From Candidatus Poriferisocius sp. (GTDB taxonomy: Bacteria; Actinomycetota; Acidimicrobiia; Acidimicrobiales; Bin134), in the NCBI RefSeq assembly GCF_965204015.1, contig NZ_OZ241965.1:567991-631990 (forward strand): DNA of 64,000 bases. Direction: 5' to 3'. The notes under the pieces were generated by a model. It made no database searches, was not told the DNA's origin, and saw nothing but the letters and a program-made list of their open reading frames with translations. Shown here in pieces: positions 8,918 to 18,988 of this stretch (positions are counted from its first letter, which is position 1; every line of letters begins with the position of its first letter). The translations under genes were made by a program, and so were the position numbers.

Positions 8918-10027
8918 TCAGGCCGCCATACGCTGTTCAAGCAGGTCGATTTGGGCGTCGGGGGCCACCGCAGCCACCCGGACGTGGCCCGCCCCTGCTG
9001 GGCCGTAGAACTCGCCCGGGCTGACCAGGGCCCCCATTTCCTCGGCCACCCGGCGGGCCAGGGTCCAGCCGTTGCCGTCAGGAGACGCCACCCACAGATA
9101 CAGCCCGCCTCCGGGGAGGGCCACCTGCGGGTCATAGGCCATAAGGAGCGACCGCAGGCGGTTCAGCCGTGAGGTGTACACCGCCCGCTGGGCATCGACG
9201 TGGGTGTCGTCATTGAAGGCGGCCACCGCAGCAGCTTGCGCGGGGCCGGGAATCATCATCCCGGCGTGCTTGCGCACCTCGGACAAGTAGCCCACCAGCT
9301 CGGGATCGCCGGCATAGAACCCGGCCCGGATTCCGGCCATGTTCGACCGCTTCGACAAGGAGTGCACCGCCATCACTCCCTGGGCACCGTGATGAAGGAT
9401 GCTGGCACCGGCATCGGCGCCCCAGGTGAATTCGATGTAGCACTCGTCGCTGAACACCGGCACCCGGTGATCTCTCCCCCATTGGGTAATGGCCGCCAGG
9501 TCTTCGAGTCCACCCGCAGGATTGCCGGGCGTGTTGACCCACAGGCACAGGGCACGAGCGGCATCGCTTGGATCCACCGCATCGAGGTTGAGGCACCACT
9601 GGGCGTCCACCGGCACCGCGATGGCCCGACAGCCGGCCAGTGCCGCGCCCATGGCGTACGTCGGATAGGAGATGGCCGGGTACAGCACGGTGTCGCGGCT
9701 GGGATCCCGCAGCTTCAGATAATGGGGCACCGACGCCACGAGTTCCTTGGTGCCCACACATCCGGCGATGGCGACCTCGGAAGTGTCGACGCCGAATCGG
9801 CGGGCCAGCCAGCCCATCGCCGCCTCCCGGTAGCCAGCCGAGCCCAGCGATGCCGGGTAGCCCCGCTCGGCGCCGGAGGCCGACAGCGCCTCAACCACCG
9901 CCGACGGGGGCGGGTCCGACGGCGCGCCCACCGAAAGGTCGACACAGCCACTGTTGAAGGTGTCGGCCACCTCCCGCAGCTCGTCGAGGCTGTCGTAGGG
10001 ATAGGGCGGGGGAACGAAACCGGCCAC
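8918..10027 (-). CDS. dapC: Succinyldiaminopimelate aminotransferase (class I/II PLP)
   Basis: DLSVGAPSDP, YPTY, WVNTPGNPAG, SDECY, HSLSKRSNMAGIRAGF; flanked by dap genes; GTG overlaps hflX stop. Confidence 0.88.
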   Translation of the reverse strand: MAGFVPPPYPYDSLDELREVADTFNSGCVDLSVGAPSDPPPSAVVEALSASGAERGYPASLGSAGYREAAMGWLARRFGVDTSEVAIAGCVGTKELVASVPHYLKLRDPSRDTVLYPAISYPTYAMGAALAGCRAIAVPVDAQWCLNLDAVDPSDAARALCLWVNTPGNPAGGLEDLAAITQWGRDHRVPVFSDECYIEFTWGADAGASILHHGAQGVMAVHSLSKRSNMAGIRAGFYAGDPELVGYLSEVRKHAGMMIPGPAQAAAVAAFNDDTHVDAQRAVYTSRLNRLRSLLMAYDPQVALPGGGLYLWVASPDGNGWTLARRVAEEMGALVSPGEFYGPAGAGHVRVAAVAPDAQIDLLEQRMAA

Positions 10028-11379
10028 TATCCAATTACCCACTCAGACAATCGAGAAGCCGACGCCTCATCAAGGCGGGCCTGGATGCGATAGCCGACAT
10101 CGTCGGTGTCGGTGGCCAGCACATGGCCGGCCCGCTGCACCGCGGCCAGCACCTCACCTCGGGCATAGGGAACGTGCAGCTCGACGATGATCCCGCTGGA
10201 GCGCAGCTCGTCGGCCATGGCGGCCAGCAGCTTGTCGGTTCCCTCGCCGGTGGCCGCCGACACCATGACGGCGTCCTTGTCGGCGCCGAGGGGGATGTCG
10301 CGGCCGGCCATCAGGTCGCTCTTGTTGTACACCAGCAGCTCGGGAACCGCCCCGGCGCCGATCTCTCGCAGCACTTGTCGCACCGCGGCGATGTGGGCAT
10401 CGGGGTCGGGTCCAGCGGCGTCCACCACGTGCACCAACAGGTCGGCCTCGGCCACCACACTGAGCGTTGACCGAAACGCCTCCACCAGCTGGTGGGGCAG
10501 CTTCTGGATGAAGCCGACGGTGTCGGTCAACAACACCCGCTCCCCGCCGGGCAGCTCCAGTCGGCGGGTGGCGGCGTCGAGGGTGGCGAACAGCCGGTTC
10601 TGCACCAGCACATCGGAGTCGGTGAGCCGGTTGAGCAGTCGGGACTTGCCCGCGTTGGTGTAGCCCACGATGGCCACCGCGCTCTGGGCCGACTGCCGTC
10701 GGCTCCGGCTCTGCACGTTGCGGTTCTTGGCGATGTCGCGGAGCTGGGCCTCCAGCTTGTGGATGCGGCGCTGGATGCGGCGGCGGTCCACCTCCAACTG
10801 GGTCTCGCCCGGTCCCCGGGTGCCGATCCCGCCGGCCTGCTGGCTGAACCCGCCGCCCCGGCGCAGGCGGGGCAGTCGATAGCGGAGCTGGGCCAGCTCC
10901 ACCTGAGCCTGGCCCTCTTGGCTGCTGGCGTTCTGGGCGAAAATGTCCAAGATCACCGCGGTGCGGTCGATGGCCGTGCGGCCGAGGATCTTCTCCAGGT
11001 TGAACTGCTGGGCCGGGCTCAACTCGTCATCGAACACCACGGTGTCGGCGTCGACCCCCTGGCACACTTCCAATATCTCGTCGACTTTGCCCTTGCCGAT
11101 GAACGTGGAGGGATCAGGCGCTTTGCGGCGTTGGACCAGACGGCCAACCTCGTCGGCGCCCGCGGTGTCGATGAGCTGGGACAGCTCGTCGAGGTCGGCC
11201 TCGGTGCGGTCTGGGTCGGCACCTCCGAGGGTGACGCCCACCAGCACGATCTTCTCCCGAAAAACCCGCTCGATGAACGCGCCCGACTCCCCGCCATGGG
11301 TTCCAAATCCGCCTCGGTGGGTCTCCGCTTCGCCGCCGTGGCCGGAGCGTCTCCGGGAGCGCCTCCCGTTGTCACCCAT
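10027..11379 (-). CDS. hflX: GTPase HflX
   Basis: ILDIFAQNA, QVELAQLRY, GIGTRGPGETQLEVDRR, GYTNAGKS, LFATLD, DTVGFI, NKSD. Confidence 0.97.
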   Translation of the reverse strand: MGDNGRRSRRRSGHGGEAETHRGGFGTHGGESGAFIERVFREKIVLVGVTLGGADPDRTEADLDELSQLIDTAGADEVGRLVQRRKAPDPSTFIGKGKVDEILEVCQGVDADTVVFDDELSPAQQFNLEKILGRTAIDRTAVILDIFAQNASSQEGQAQVELAQLRYRLPRLRRGGGFSQQAGGIGTRGPGETQLEVDRRRIQRRIHKLEAQLRDIAKNRNVQSRSRRQSAQSAVAIVGYTNAGKSRLLNRLTDSDVLVQNRLFATLDAATRRLELPGGERVLLTDTVGFIQKLPHQLVEAFRSTLSVVAEADLLVHVVDAAGPDPDAHIAAVRQVLREIGAGAVPELLVYNKSDLMAGRDIPLGADKDAVMVSAATGEGTDKLLAAMADELRSSGIIVELHVPYARGEVLAAVQRAGHVLATDTDDVGYRIQARLDEASASRLSEWVIG

Positions 11380-12175
11380 AGTTCACCGTCGCGATGTACT
11401 CCGCCGGACCGACCAGCACCGCGGTGTCACCCAGCTCCACGGTGACATCACCACCGGGCATCGACACCGACACCACCGGTCCGACCATTCCCCATTGGTG
11501 GGCCGCCTGGGCGGCGGCACATGCTCCGGTTCCACACGCCTCAGTCACCCCGACCCCTCGTTCCCACACCCGCATATCGATTCCGCCTGAGGTGGCGCTG
11601 ATGAACTCCACATTGATTCCGCCAGCCACGCGGGAGAGCTCGGACCCGTTCCTGGCCACGTCGATCTGATGCACGTCATGGACTCCCACCACCAGATGAG
11701 GGTTGCCCACATCGGCGGTGGAGAAGTGATCAGCGAATCCGTGATTGCGGAGGTAGTCGGCGACCTCTCCCACCTCGAGGTCAGGGCCTCTACCGATCGG
11801 CCCCATGTCGACTCGAGCCTGCACCACGGTGGGATCTTCGGTCGATTCAACGCTCACGGTTCGAATCCCGGCATCGGTGCCAATGGAGAGCTCACGGTTG
11901 GAGCCGCGGTCGTCGTGTAGGACGAACGCCTGGGCGAGACACCGGATGCCGTTGCCGCTCATCTCGGCCCGGGTCGCATCGGCATTGAACAGCACCATGG
12001 TCACATCGGTGTTTGCCCCAGCATCGCCGGGCAGGCCGAAGATGAACCCGTCAGCACCCACACCGCGGGTGCGGTGGCAAGCGGCTTCGGCCAGCGCCGG
12101 GGCGTCGGCGGGCAGCGCATCGGCCAATGCGATCAAAAAGTCGTTTCCCAAGCCGTGGTGCTTGGTCAGTTGCAT
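11372..12175 (-). CDS. dapF: Diaminopimelate epimerase
   Basis: MQLTKHHGLGNDFL, GVGADG, EMSGNGIRC, VGNPH, NVEF, WERGVGVTEACGTGACA; note Ser-Gly-Asn, catalytic Cys pattern MSGNGIRC typical. Confidence 0.94.
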   Translation of the reverse strand: MQLTKHHGLGNDFLIALADALPADAPALAEAACHRTRGVGADGFIFGLPGDAGANTDVTMVLFNADATRAEMSGNGIRCLAQAFVLHDDRGSNRELSIGTDAGIRTVSVESTEDPTVVQARVDMGPIGRGPDLEVGEVADYLRNHGFADHFSTADVGNPHLVVGVHDVHQIDVARNGSELSRVAGGINVEFISATSGGIDMRVWERGVGVTEACGTGACAAAQAAHQWGMVGPVVSVSMPGGDVTVELGDTAVLVGPAEYIATVNYG

Positions 12176-12225
12176 CGTCCCAGTCTGACAAGTTCTGCCC
12201 GCCGTTCCGCGCACCATTTGCACGT

Positions 12226-13209
12226 TCACTCCTGAGCAGTGTGCGTAGGCATGCGGGAGAGGGCCTCGTCAGCCAGCGACTCGGCGTCGGCATCAGCATC
12301 CAGCCAGACGATACGAGGGTCGCGCCGGAACCAGCGCTCTTGGCGGCGGGCAAACTTACGGGTGCGGGCCACAGCCAGCGCCACGGCCTCATCCAGCGAC
12401 ATTTCGCCGTTGAGATGCTCGAAGAGCTCCTTGTAGCCCAGGGCCTGCGACGCGGTGCGCGACAGCGGCGGGTGGCGGTCGACCAGTGCCTCCACCTCGG
12501 CCAGAAACCCGGCCTCCATCTGCTGGTGGTAGCGCTGCTCGATGCGACGGTCGATCTCGGCTCGAGACAGCGACAATCCGAATTGGGCGATGCCGCGGGG
12601 TGGGTACGTGCTCAGCCCCGGCCCGTACGAGGAAAACGGGCGGCCGCTGCCCACGGTCACCTCTAGGGCCCGGACGATCCTCCGTCGGTTGGTGGGCTCC
12701 ATGCGGGCCGCGGCCACCGGATCGAGCTCAGCCAGACGGCGGTGCAGGGCTTCGGTGTCGGCCTCCTCTTCCAGGGCGGCTGCCGCCTCGGGATAACGGC
12801 CGGGAATCTCCAGATCGTCGATCACCGCCCGGTGGTAGAGCCCGGTGCCCCCCACCAGCACCGCCCTCCGGCCCCGCTCGGCAATCTCAGACCGAGCTTG
12901 GCGGGCCGCTGCTTGGAACATGGTCAGGGAGTAGTCCTCCGACGGGTCGGCCACATCGACGAGGTGGTGGGTCACCTCGGCCCGCACCGCGGCAGTGGGC
13001 TTGTCGGTGCCGATGTCCATCTCCCGGTACACCTGCATGGAGTCCACCGAGATGATCTCGGTATTGCCCAGCCGGCGGGCAATGGCCATCCCCACAGCCG
13101 ACTTGCCGGTAGCGGTTACTCCGACAACAGCCAGCGCGCCCGACGCGCCACCGACTTCGGAGGACGGGACGCTGCTCAGAGCGCGGCCACCGGGATCCGG
13201 GTTCGCCAC
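12226..13209 (-). CDS. miaA: tRNA dimethylallyltransferase
   Basis: GVTATGKS, ISVDSMQVY..DIGTDKP, VGGTGLY, RRIVRALEV, ALGYKE, TRKFARRQ; exact start uncertain. Confidence 0.95.
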   Translation of the reverse strand: MANPDPGGRALSSVPSSEVGGASGALAVVGVTATGKSAVGMAIARRLGNTEIISVDSMQVYREMDIGTDKPTAAVRAEVTHHLVDVADPSEDYSLTMFQAAARQARSEIAERGRRAVLVGGTGLYHRAVIDDLEIPGRYPEAAAALEEEADTEALHRRLAELDPVAAARMEPTNRRRIVRALEVTVGSGRPFSSYGPGLSTYPPRGIAQFGLSLSRAEIDRRIEQRYHQQMEAGFLAEVEALVDRHPPLSRTASQALGYKELFEHLNGEMSLDEAVALAVARTRKFARRQERWFRRDPRIVWLDADADAESLADEALSRMPTHTAQE

Positions 13210-14588
13210 CGGGGTGGGGCAGTGACCTCGGCCAACTCGCCCCGCAGATGGTGGGCGCCCGCTGATGTGACATCGACGGCCGCGAACGTTCCCGGCTTCA
13301 GCTTCTGCGGGGAGGGGAAGTGGACCAAGCGGTTCTGGCGGGTCCGGCCGGTGAGCACTTCGGGATCTCGTTTCGACGGGCCTTCCACCACCACCTCTTC
13401 GCGACGGCCGATCCGGGCCTGATTGCCCCGGCGGCTAGAGCGCTCGACCACTGCCCGGAGCCGCTCGAAGCGGTCCCCGACCTCGTCGGGGTCGCAGAAC
13501 TGGTCGGCCATGTCGGCGGCCTCGGTCCCTGGTCGAGGAGAGAAGATGAAGGTGAAGGCCGAGTCGTACTCGGCTTCGGCGGCCACCAACAGGGTCTGCT
13601 CGAAATCGTCTTCGGTTTCGCCGGGGAAGCCCACGATGATGTCGGTGGACACCGCCAGGTCGTCCACCGCGTCCCGAGCAGCCCGCAGCCGCTCCAGATA
13701 CCGCTCTGCGGTGTAGCCCCGGTGCATGGCGGCCAGCACGCGGTCGCTGCCCGATTGCAGGGGCAGGTGCAGGTGCTCGCACACCGCGGGAACCTCGGCC
13801 ATGGCCTCGATGGTCTCAGGCCGCAGGTCTTTGGGGTGGGGGCTGGTGAACCGGATCCGCTCGATGCCCTCCACCGCACCCACGGCCCGGAGCAAATCGG
13901 CGAACAATGGGCGTAGCGGCACCCGCTCGCCGGCCTGGCGGCGATCCCGCTGAAGATCGCGGCCGTAGGAGTTCACGTTCTGGCCCAACAGCGTGATCTC
14001 GGTGACCCCGCCCTCGACCAGATCGGCGGCCTCGCCCACCAGCAGTTCCAGCGGGCGGCTGATCTCTGCTCCCCGCACCGAGGGCACGATGCAGAATGCA
14101 CACGAGTTGTCACAGCCCACCTGGATGGTCATCCACGCCGCGTAGGGGGCGTCGCGGCGCACCGGCAGCGCTGAGGGGAAGCTGTCGCGGTCGTCCTCAA
14201 CCGCCTCCTCCAGGATCTCGATGACGGGCCCGTCGGCCGCCGACCCGATCAGCTCGGCGGCCCGGTGTACGTTGTGGGTGCCGAACACCACGTCCACGTG
14301 GTCGGCCCGCTCCTGGATCAGCTCCCGGTCTTTCTGAGCCAGACAGCCGGCTACCGCGATCTGCATGTCGGGACGGGCCTGCTTGAGCCGCTTGAGGTGG
14401 CCGAGCTGTCCGTAGAGCTTGTTGTCGGCGTTCTCCCGGATGCAGCAGGTGTTGAGCACGATGACGTCGGCCGACTCCATGGCGTCGGCCGAGGTCATCC
14501 CATCGGCCTCCAGCAGTCCGGCGATGCGCTCGGTGTCGTGCTCGTTCATCTGGCACCCGTAGGTGCGGATGAAATAGCTGCGGCTCAC
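13176..14588 (-). CDS. miaB: tRNA-i6A37 methylthiotransferase (radical SAM)
   Basis: TYGCQMNEHD, NTCCIRE, GCDNSCAFCIVP, GQNVNSYG, FTSPHP, TRAM domain. Confidence 0.97.
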   Translation of the reverse strand: MSRSYFIRTYGCQMNEHDTERIAGLLEADGMTSADAMESADVIVLNTCCIRENADNKLYGQLGHLKRLKQARPDMQIAVAGCLAQKDRELIQERADHVDVVFGTHNVHRAAELIGSAADGPVIEILEEAVEDDRDSFPSALPVRRDAPYAAWMTIQVGCDNSCAFCIVPSVRGAEISRPLELLVGEAADLVEGGVTEITLLGQNVNSYGRDLQRDRRQAGERVPLRPLFADLLRAVGAVEGIERIRFTSPHPKDLRPETIEAMAEVPAVCEHLHLPLQSGSDRVLAAMHRGYTAERYLERLRAARDAVDDLAVSTDIIVGFPGETEDDFEQTLLVAAEAEYDSAFTFIFSPRPGTEAADMADQFCDPDEVGDRFERLRAVVERSSRRGNQARIGRREEVVVEGPSKRDPEVLTGRTRQNRLVHFPSPQKLKPGTFAAVDVTSAGAHHLRGELAEVTAPPRWRTRIPVAAL

Positions 14589-14624
14589 CCCGCCAGGCTA
14601 CCTGTCGGCCTCCAGTGGCCCACT

Positions 14625-14652
14625 AACCGGTTTGTGAGCCCACAAACCGGTT
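14625..14652. terminator. 12-bp perfect hairpin downstream of recA
   Basis: AACCGGTTTGTG-AGCC-CACAAACCGGTT; no U-tract. Confidence 0.65.
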
Positions 14653-14665
14653 TGCGGCGGGCCTC

Positions 14666-15706
14666 CTAGCCGGTTTGGGCGGCGGCGTCCTCGGTGGCCT
14701 CGGCAGCCTCGGCGTCATCCTCGGCTGGGGGGTTCACGGTGTTCCACACCCGGTCAGTGATCTCCACCATGATCTCGGGATGCTCGGCCAAGAACGCCTT
14801 GGCCTTCTCCCGGCCCTGGCCGAGGTGCTCACCCTCGTAGGTGAACCAGGCCCCGGACTTCTCGACAAAGCCCAAGTCGACGCCCACATCCAGCAGCGAG
14901 CCCTCCCGGCTGATGCCCTTGGAGTACATGATGTCGAACTCGGCCTGCCGAAACGGCGGGGCCACCTTGTTCTTGACCACCTTCACCCGGGTGCGGTTGC
15001 CGATCACATCCACCCCCTGCTTGAGGGACTCGATGCGGCGGATGTCGAGGCGGACCGACGAGTAGAACTTGAGCGCCCGGCCGCCCGGCGTGGTCTCGGG
15101 CGAACCGAACATCACGCCGATCTTCTCCCGAAGCTGGTTGATGAAGATGCACACCGTCTTGGACTTGTTCAAGTTGGCGGTGAGCTTGCGCAGGGCTTGG
15201 GACATGAGGCGGGCTTGCAGGCCCACATGGGTGTCGCCCATGTCACCCTCGATCTCAGCCCGGGGGGTGAGGGCGGCCACCGAGTCGATGACGATCACGT
15301 CGAGCGCACTCGACCGGATCAACATGTCAGCGATCTCCAGGGCCTGCTCGCCAGTATCGGGCTGTGAGATCAACAGCTCGTCCACGTCAACACCGATGGC
15401 TTTGGCGTAGATCGGATCGAGGGCGTGCTCGGCGTCGACGAACGCGCAAATCCCCCCGTTCCGCTGGGCCTCAGCCACCGCATGCAGCGCCAGGGTGGTC
15501 TTGCCCGAGGATTCCGGGCCGAAGATCTCCACCACCCGGCCCCGGGGCAGCCCCCCGACGCCCAGCGCCAAGTCGAGGGCCAATGCCCCAGTGGGGATGG
15601 TCTCGATGGCCATGGTGCCCTTCTCGCCCATCTTCATCACGGCGCCTTGGCCGAATTGCTTCTCGATTTGGCCGAGGGCCATCTCTAGTGCCTTATCTCG
15701 CTCCAC
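14666..15706 (-). CDS. recA: Recombinase A (no intein)
   Basis: [42 protein letters not shown]; RBS AAGGAGG. Confidence 0.99.
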   Translation of the reverse strand: MERDKALEMALGQIEKQFGQGAVMKMGEKGTMAIETIPTGALALDLALGVGGLPRGRVVEIFGPESSGKTTLALHAVAEAQRNGGICAFVDAEHALDPIYAKAIGVDVDELLISQPDTGEQALEIADMLIRSSALDVIVIDSVAALTPRAEIEGDMGDTHVGLQARLMSQALRKLTANLNKSKTVCIFINQLREKIGVMFGSPETTPGGRALKFYSSVRLDIRRIESLKQGVDVIGNRTRVKVVKNKVAPPFRQAEFDIMYSKGISREGSLLDVGVDLGFVEKSGAWFTYEGEHLGQGREKAKAFLAEHPEIMVEITDRVWNTVNPPAEDDAEAAEATEDAAAQTG

Positions 15707-15766
15707 ATCTCCTCCTTAAGGTCATGGGTATCGCGGCTGCGAGTTCACGGGGGAACGTTGAGCCAC

Positions 15767-15788
15767 ACTCTAAAGACGACCAGTGACA
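15767..15788 (-). promoter_or_regulatory. PafBC/RecA-NDp-like promoter of recA: TGTCAC-N10-TAGAGT
   Basis: Minus strand CTGTCACTGGTCGTCTTTAGAGT; fits tTGTCRgtg-8nt-TAnnnT class. Confidence 0.8.
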
Positions 15789-15896
15789 GTTTGTCCCCGA
15801 GTAATGACATCAGCGTAGTTACGATGCCCGAATTTCACAAGCACCCCGCCGCTCCTGCCTGCCTGTTTCCCACAAAAATCCGATACGGTGAGCGGT

Positions 15897-16307
15897 ATGT
15901 CAGAGATAGCGTTCAGCGACGAGGAACTGCGCGAGCGGCTGACCGCCGAGCAGTACCACATCACCCAGCAAGCCGGCACCGAGCGGGCCTTCACCGGTAT
16001 GTACTGGGACTGCAAAGACGAGGGCGTGTACCGCTGCCGGGTGTGCGACGCAGTGCTCTTCTCCTCGGAGGCCAAATACGACTCAGGAACCGGCTGGCCG
16101 TCGTTCTACGAGGAGGTCGGCGAGGGCAAGGTAATCCGCCACGTCGACCAGAGCCACGGCATGGTCCGCACCGAGGCGGTGTGCGCCGCATGCGGCGCAC
16201 ACCTAGGCCACATCTTCCCCGACGGCCCCCACCCCACCGGCGAGCGCTACTGCATGAACTCGGCATCGCTTAGGCTCGACCGCGATCTCACCGGAGAGGA
16301 GAACTGA
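15897..16307 (+). CDS. msrB: Peptide-methionine (R)-S-oxide reductase
   Basis: [47 protein letters not shown]. Confidence 0.96.
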   Translation: MSEIAFSDEELRERLTAEQYHITQQAGTERAFTGMYWDCKDEGVYRCRVCDAVLFSSEAKYDSGTGWPSFYEEVGEGKVIRHVDQSHGMVRTEAVCAACGAHLGHIFPDGPHPTGERYCMNSASLRLDRDLTGEEN

Positions 16308-16308
16308 A

Positions 16309-17085
16309 ATGGGAAGACTGGACGGCAAGGTGGCCCTCATTTCCGGGGGCGCCCGGGGCCAGGGCGAGGCCGAGGTGCGGCTGTTCGCCGCCGAGGGCGC
16401 CAAGGTGGTGTTCGGCGACGTGCTCCACGATGAGGGCGAGGCGGTAGCCGCCGATGTGGGCCCCAATGTCCACTACATCCCCTTAGACGTAACCGACGAG
16501 GGGGCGTGGCAGAAGGCGGTGGACGAAACCATCAACCGCTACGGACCGCCCAACGTCCTGGTGAACAACGCCGGGATCCTCCTGTTCGGGGTGTCGATGG
16601 TGGACACCTCCCTCGACGACTACATGCGGGTGATCAACGTCAATCAGGTGGGCGTTTTCTTGGGCATGAAGTACACAGTGCCGGCCATGATCGAGGCCGG
16701 CGGCGGGTCGATCGTGAACATCAGCTCCACCAACGGGCTGGCCGGCTACGGCGGCACCGTGGCCTACACCGCCTCCAAGTTCGCTGTCCGGGGCATGACC
16801 AAGAACGCCGCCCTGGAATTGGGCAAATACGGCATCCGGGCCAACTCCATCCACCCCGGAGGCGTGGACACCGCCATGACCGCTCCCGACACCCTGGGCG
16901 ACGCCATCTCCGACGAGGACCGCGAGGCAACCTACGCCATGCTCCCCCTTGGCCGGGTGGGCCAACCCGAAGAGATCGCCCGCCTAGCCGTCTATCTCGC
17001 CTCCGACGAATCCTCCTACAGCACCGGCGCCGAGTTCGTCGCCGACGGAGGAATGCTCTGCGGAGTAGTCAATCCCGAGGTCTAG
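16309..17085 (+). CDS. Short-chain dehydrogenase (3-alpha,20-beta-hydroxysteroid dehydrogenase-like)
   Basis: SGGARGQG, NNAGI, NISS, YTASK, NSIHPG. Confidence 0.9.
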   Translation: MGRLDGKVALISGGARGQGEAEVRLFAAEGAKVVFGDVLHDEGEAVAADVGPNVHYIPLDVTDEGAWQKAVDETINRYGPPNVLVNNAGILLFGVSMVDTSLDDYMRVINVNQVGVFLGMKYTVPAMIEAGGGSIVNISSTNGLAGYGGTVAYTASKFAVRGMTKNAALELGKYGIRANSIHPGGVDTAMTAPDTLGDAISDEDREATYAMLPLGRVGQPEEIARLAVYLASDESSYSTGAEFVADGGMLCGVVNPEV

Positions 17086-17095
17086 AACAAAGAGC

Positions 17096-17122
17096 AGGCC
17101 CCTCAATCCTCAAGAGGGGCCT
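17096..17122. terminator. Hairpin between convergent SDR and cinA (probable bidirectional terminator)
   Basis: AGGCCCCTC-N9-GAGGGGCCT. Confidence 0.65.
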
Positions 17123-18359
17123 ATCTGCCAGCCAGAACCCTCATACGGAGGTTGTTGAGGATTGAGACGGTGGTGAACTGGCGGGTGCGCTCGCGGTCGA
17201 AGGGGAACTTGACCTTGGTGGCCTCGACCTGGCCGTTTACCAGGGTGGCCATCCAGACGGTGCCGGGGTCCTCTCCGTCTAGGGGGTCGGGGCCGGCCAC
17301 GCCGGTGACAGCTATGGCGCAATCGGCTCCCAGCAGCTTGGCGGCGCCGTGGGCCATGGCGGTTACGGCCTCCTCGCTGACCACCGGGCCTTCGGGTACG
17401 TCTAGTAGGTCGAACTTCACGTCGCTGGCGTAGGACACCAGGCCTCCTCGAAACACGTCGCTGGCGCCGGGCACGGCTGTGAGGCGGGAGCCGATCAACC
17501 CGCCGGTGAGCGATTCGGCTAGCGCCAGCGTCCAGCCCCGGCTCCGCAGAGCATCAAGCACGGCGGACTCCATGGTCTCGTCGTCGACCCCGAACACGAT
17601 GTCGCCGATGATGCCCCGCACGATCTGCTCCTCGTTGGCCAAGATCTCGTCCACCTCGACCTCGCTGGGGGCTTTGGCGGTGAGCCTTACCTTGAGGCCC
17701 TCCATGCCGGAGGCCAAAAAGGCGATGGTGCACTCGCCGGTTTCGTCCAGCCGCTCGATCTCCTCGTGCAGCTTCTCGGCCAGCCCCGACTCGGAGTCGC
17801 CCCAGGTGCGCAGCGTGCGGCTCTTGATCACGGCAGTGATCCCGGCCCGGAGCTTGAGGTCGGGCAGCACGCACTCCCCCACCATCTGCTGCATCTCCCA
17901 GGGCACGCCGGGCACGGCGTATACCGCCTTGCCGTTGGTCTCCACTTTGAAGCCGGGGGCGGTGCCGGGCATCACCGGCAGCACCTCGGCGCCGTCAGGC
18001 ACGTCGGCCTGGCGCAGGTTGTTCTCGGGCATGGCCCGGCCCCGGCCTCCGAACACCCGGGAGATGCGCTCCACAATGTCGTCGCGTCGCACCAGCTCCA
18101 CCCCCAGAGCAGCGGCGATTACGTCCCGGGTGATGTCGTCTTGGGTGGGGCCGAGCCCGCCGCACATGATCACCGAGTCGCTGCGCTCTAGGGCCTGTTC
18201 CAGCACCGCCTGCATGCGCCCGAAGTTGTCGCCCACCTTGACCTGGTGGTGCGAGTCGATGCCGGCCATCGCCAGCTGCTCGCCGATCCACGACGAGTTG
18301 GTGTCGACAATCTGGCCGAGCAACAGCTCGGTTCCAACCGCGATTACTTCACAATTCAC
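17121..18359 (-). CDS. cinA: Competence/damage-inducible protein A (MocF + NMN deamidase domain)
   Basis: VGTELLLGQIVDTN, GGLGPTQDDIT, GTAPG, AESLTGG, AVTGVAGP. Confidence 0.95.
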   Translation of the reverse strand: MNCEVIAVGTELLLGQIVDTNSSWIGEQLAMAGIDSHHQVKVGDNFGRMQAVLEQALERSDSVIMCGGLGPTQDDITRDVIAAALGVELVRRDDIVERISRVFGGRGRAMPENNLRQADVPDGAEVLPVMPGTAPGFKVETNGKAVYAVPGVPWEMQQMVGECVLPDLKLRAGITAVIKSRTLRTWGDSESGLAEKLHEEIERLDETGECTIAFLASGMEGLKVRLTAKAPSEVEVDEILANEEQIVRGIIGDIVFGVDDETMESAVLDALRSRGWTLALAESLTGGLIGSRLTAVPGASDVFRGGLVSYASDVKFDLLDVPEGPVVSEEAVTAMAHGAAKLLGADCAIAVTGVAGPDPLDGEDPGTVWMATLVNGQVEATKVKFPFDRERTRQFTTVSILNNLRMRVLAGR

Positions 18360-18390
18360 GCAGGGAGGCTATACCGCCGCCCGCCCTCGG

Positions 18391-18972
18391 CTATTGGCCT
18401 GAGGCGGCAATGGCACCGGCTCGCCCGTCGGCCCAGTAGCGCCAGCCGGAATAGAGGGTGATGACCACCGCCAGCCAGATGGCCAGCGACACCGCCCAGT
18501 CGACGTCTTCCAGCGGGGGCAGGGCGGCCACCGTGAGGGCCACCCCCTGCATCAGGGTTTTGAGCTTGGCCGAGTGGCGGGCGGGAAGCGAGAGGCCATC
18601 TCGGGCCCATCGAGTGCGGGCCGCGCTCATCAGGAGCTCCCGCGCCGTGATGATCAGCACCGGCACCCAGAACAGGCGGTTCACGGCCACAAAGCACCAG
18701 GCCGCACCCAGGATCATCACCTTGTCGGCCAATGGGTCCAAGAAGGCCCCCCACCGGCTCTCGCTGCCCGACGACCGGGCCACCCAGCCGTCGTAGTAGT
18801 CGCTGGCCCCTAGCACCCAGCCCACGGCCACCACCGCCCACGACGTCCCCGCGCTGTCGGAGGCAGCCAAGATCAACACATACAGCAGGGGCGAGAGCAG
18901 TATCCGCCCCAACGTGATGAGGTTGGCGGTCAACCGCAGATCGGCCCACGTGTAGGCCCCCACTCCGCTCAT
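18391..18972 (-). CDS. pgsA: CDP-alcohol phosphatidyltransferase (PgsA-type)
   Basis: ANLITLGR, SDYYDGWVAR..GAFLDPLADK; conserved rimO-pgsA-cinA context. Confidence 0.9.
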   Translation of the reverse strand: MSGVGAYTWADLRLTANLITLGRILLSPLLYVLILAASDSAGTSWAVVAVGWVLGASDYYDGWVARSSGSESRWGAFLDPLADKVMILGAAWCFVAVNRLFWVPVLIITARELLMSAARTRWARDGLSLPARHSAKLKTLMQGVALTVAALPPLEDVDWAVSLAIWLAVVITLYSGWRYWADGRAGAIAASGQ

Positions 18973-18988
18973 GGCAACACCGCCTTGC

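Noticed and set aside
15707-15896. LexA SOS box upstream of recA
   Set aside because: Only GTTC-N6-GAAC (wrong orientation and spacing); no CGAAC-N4-GTTCG found
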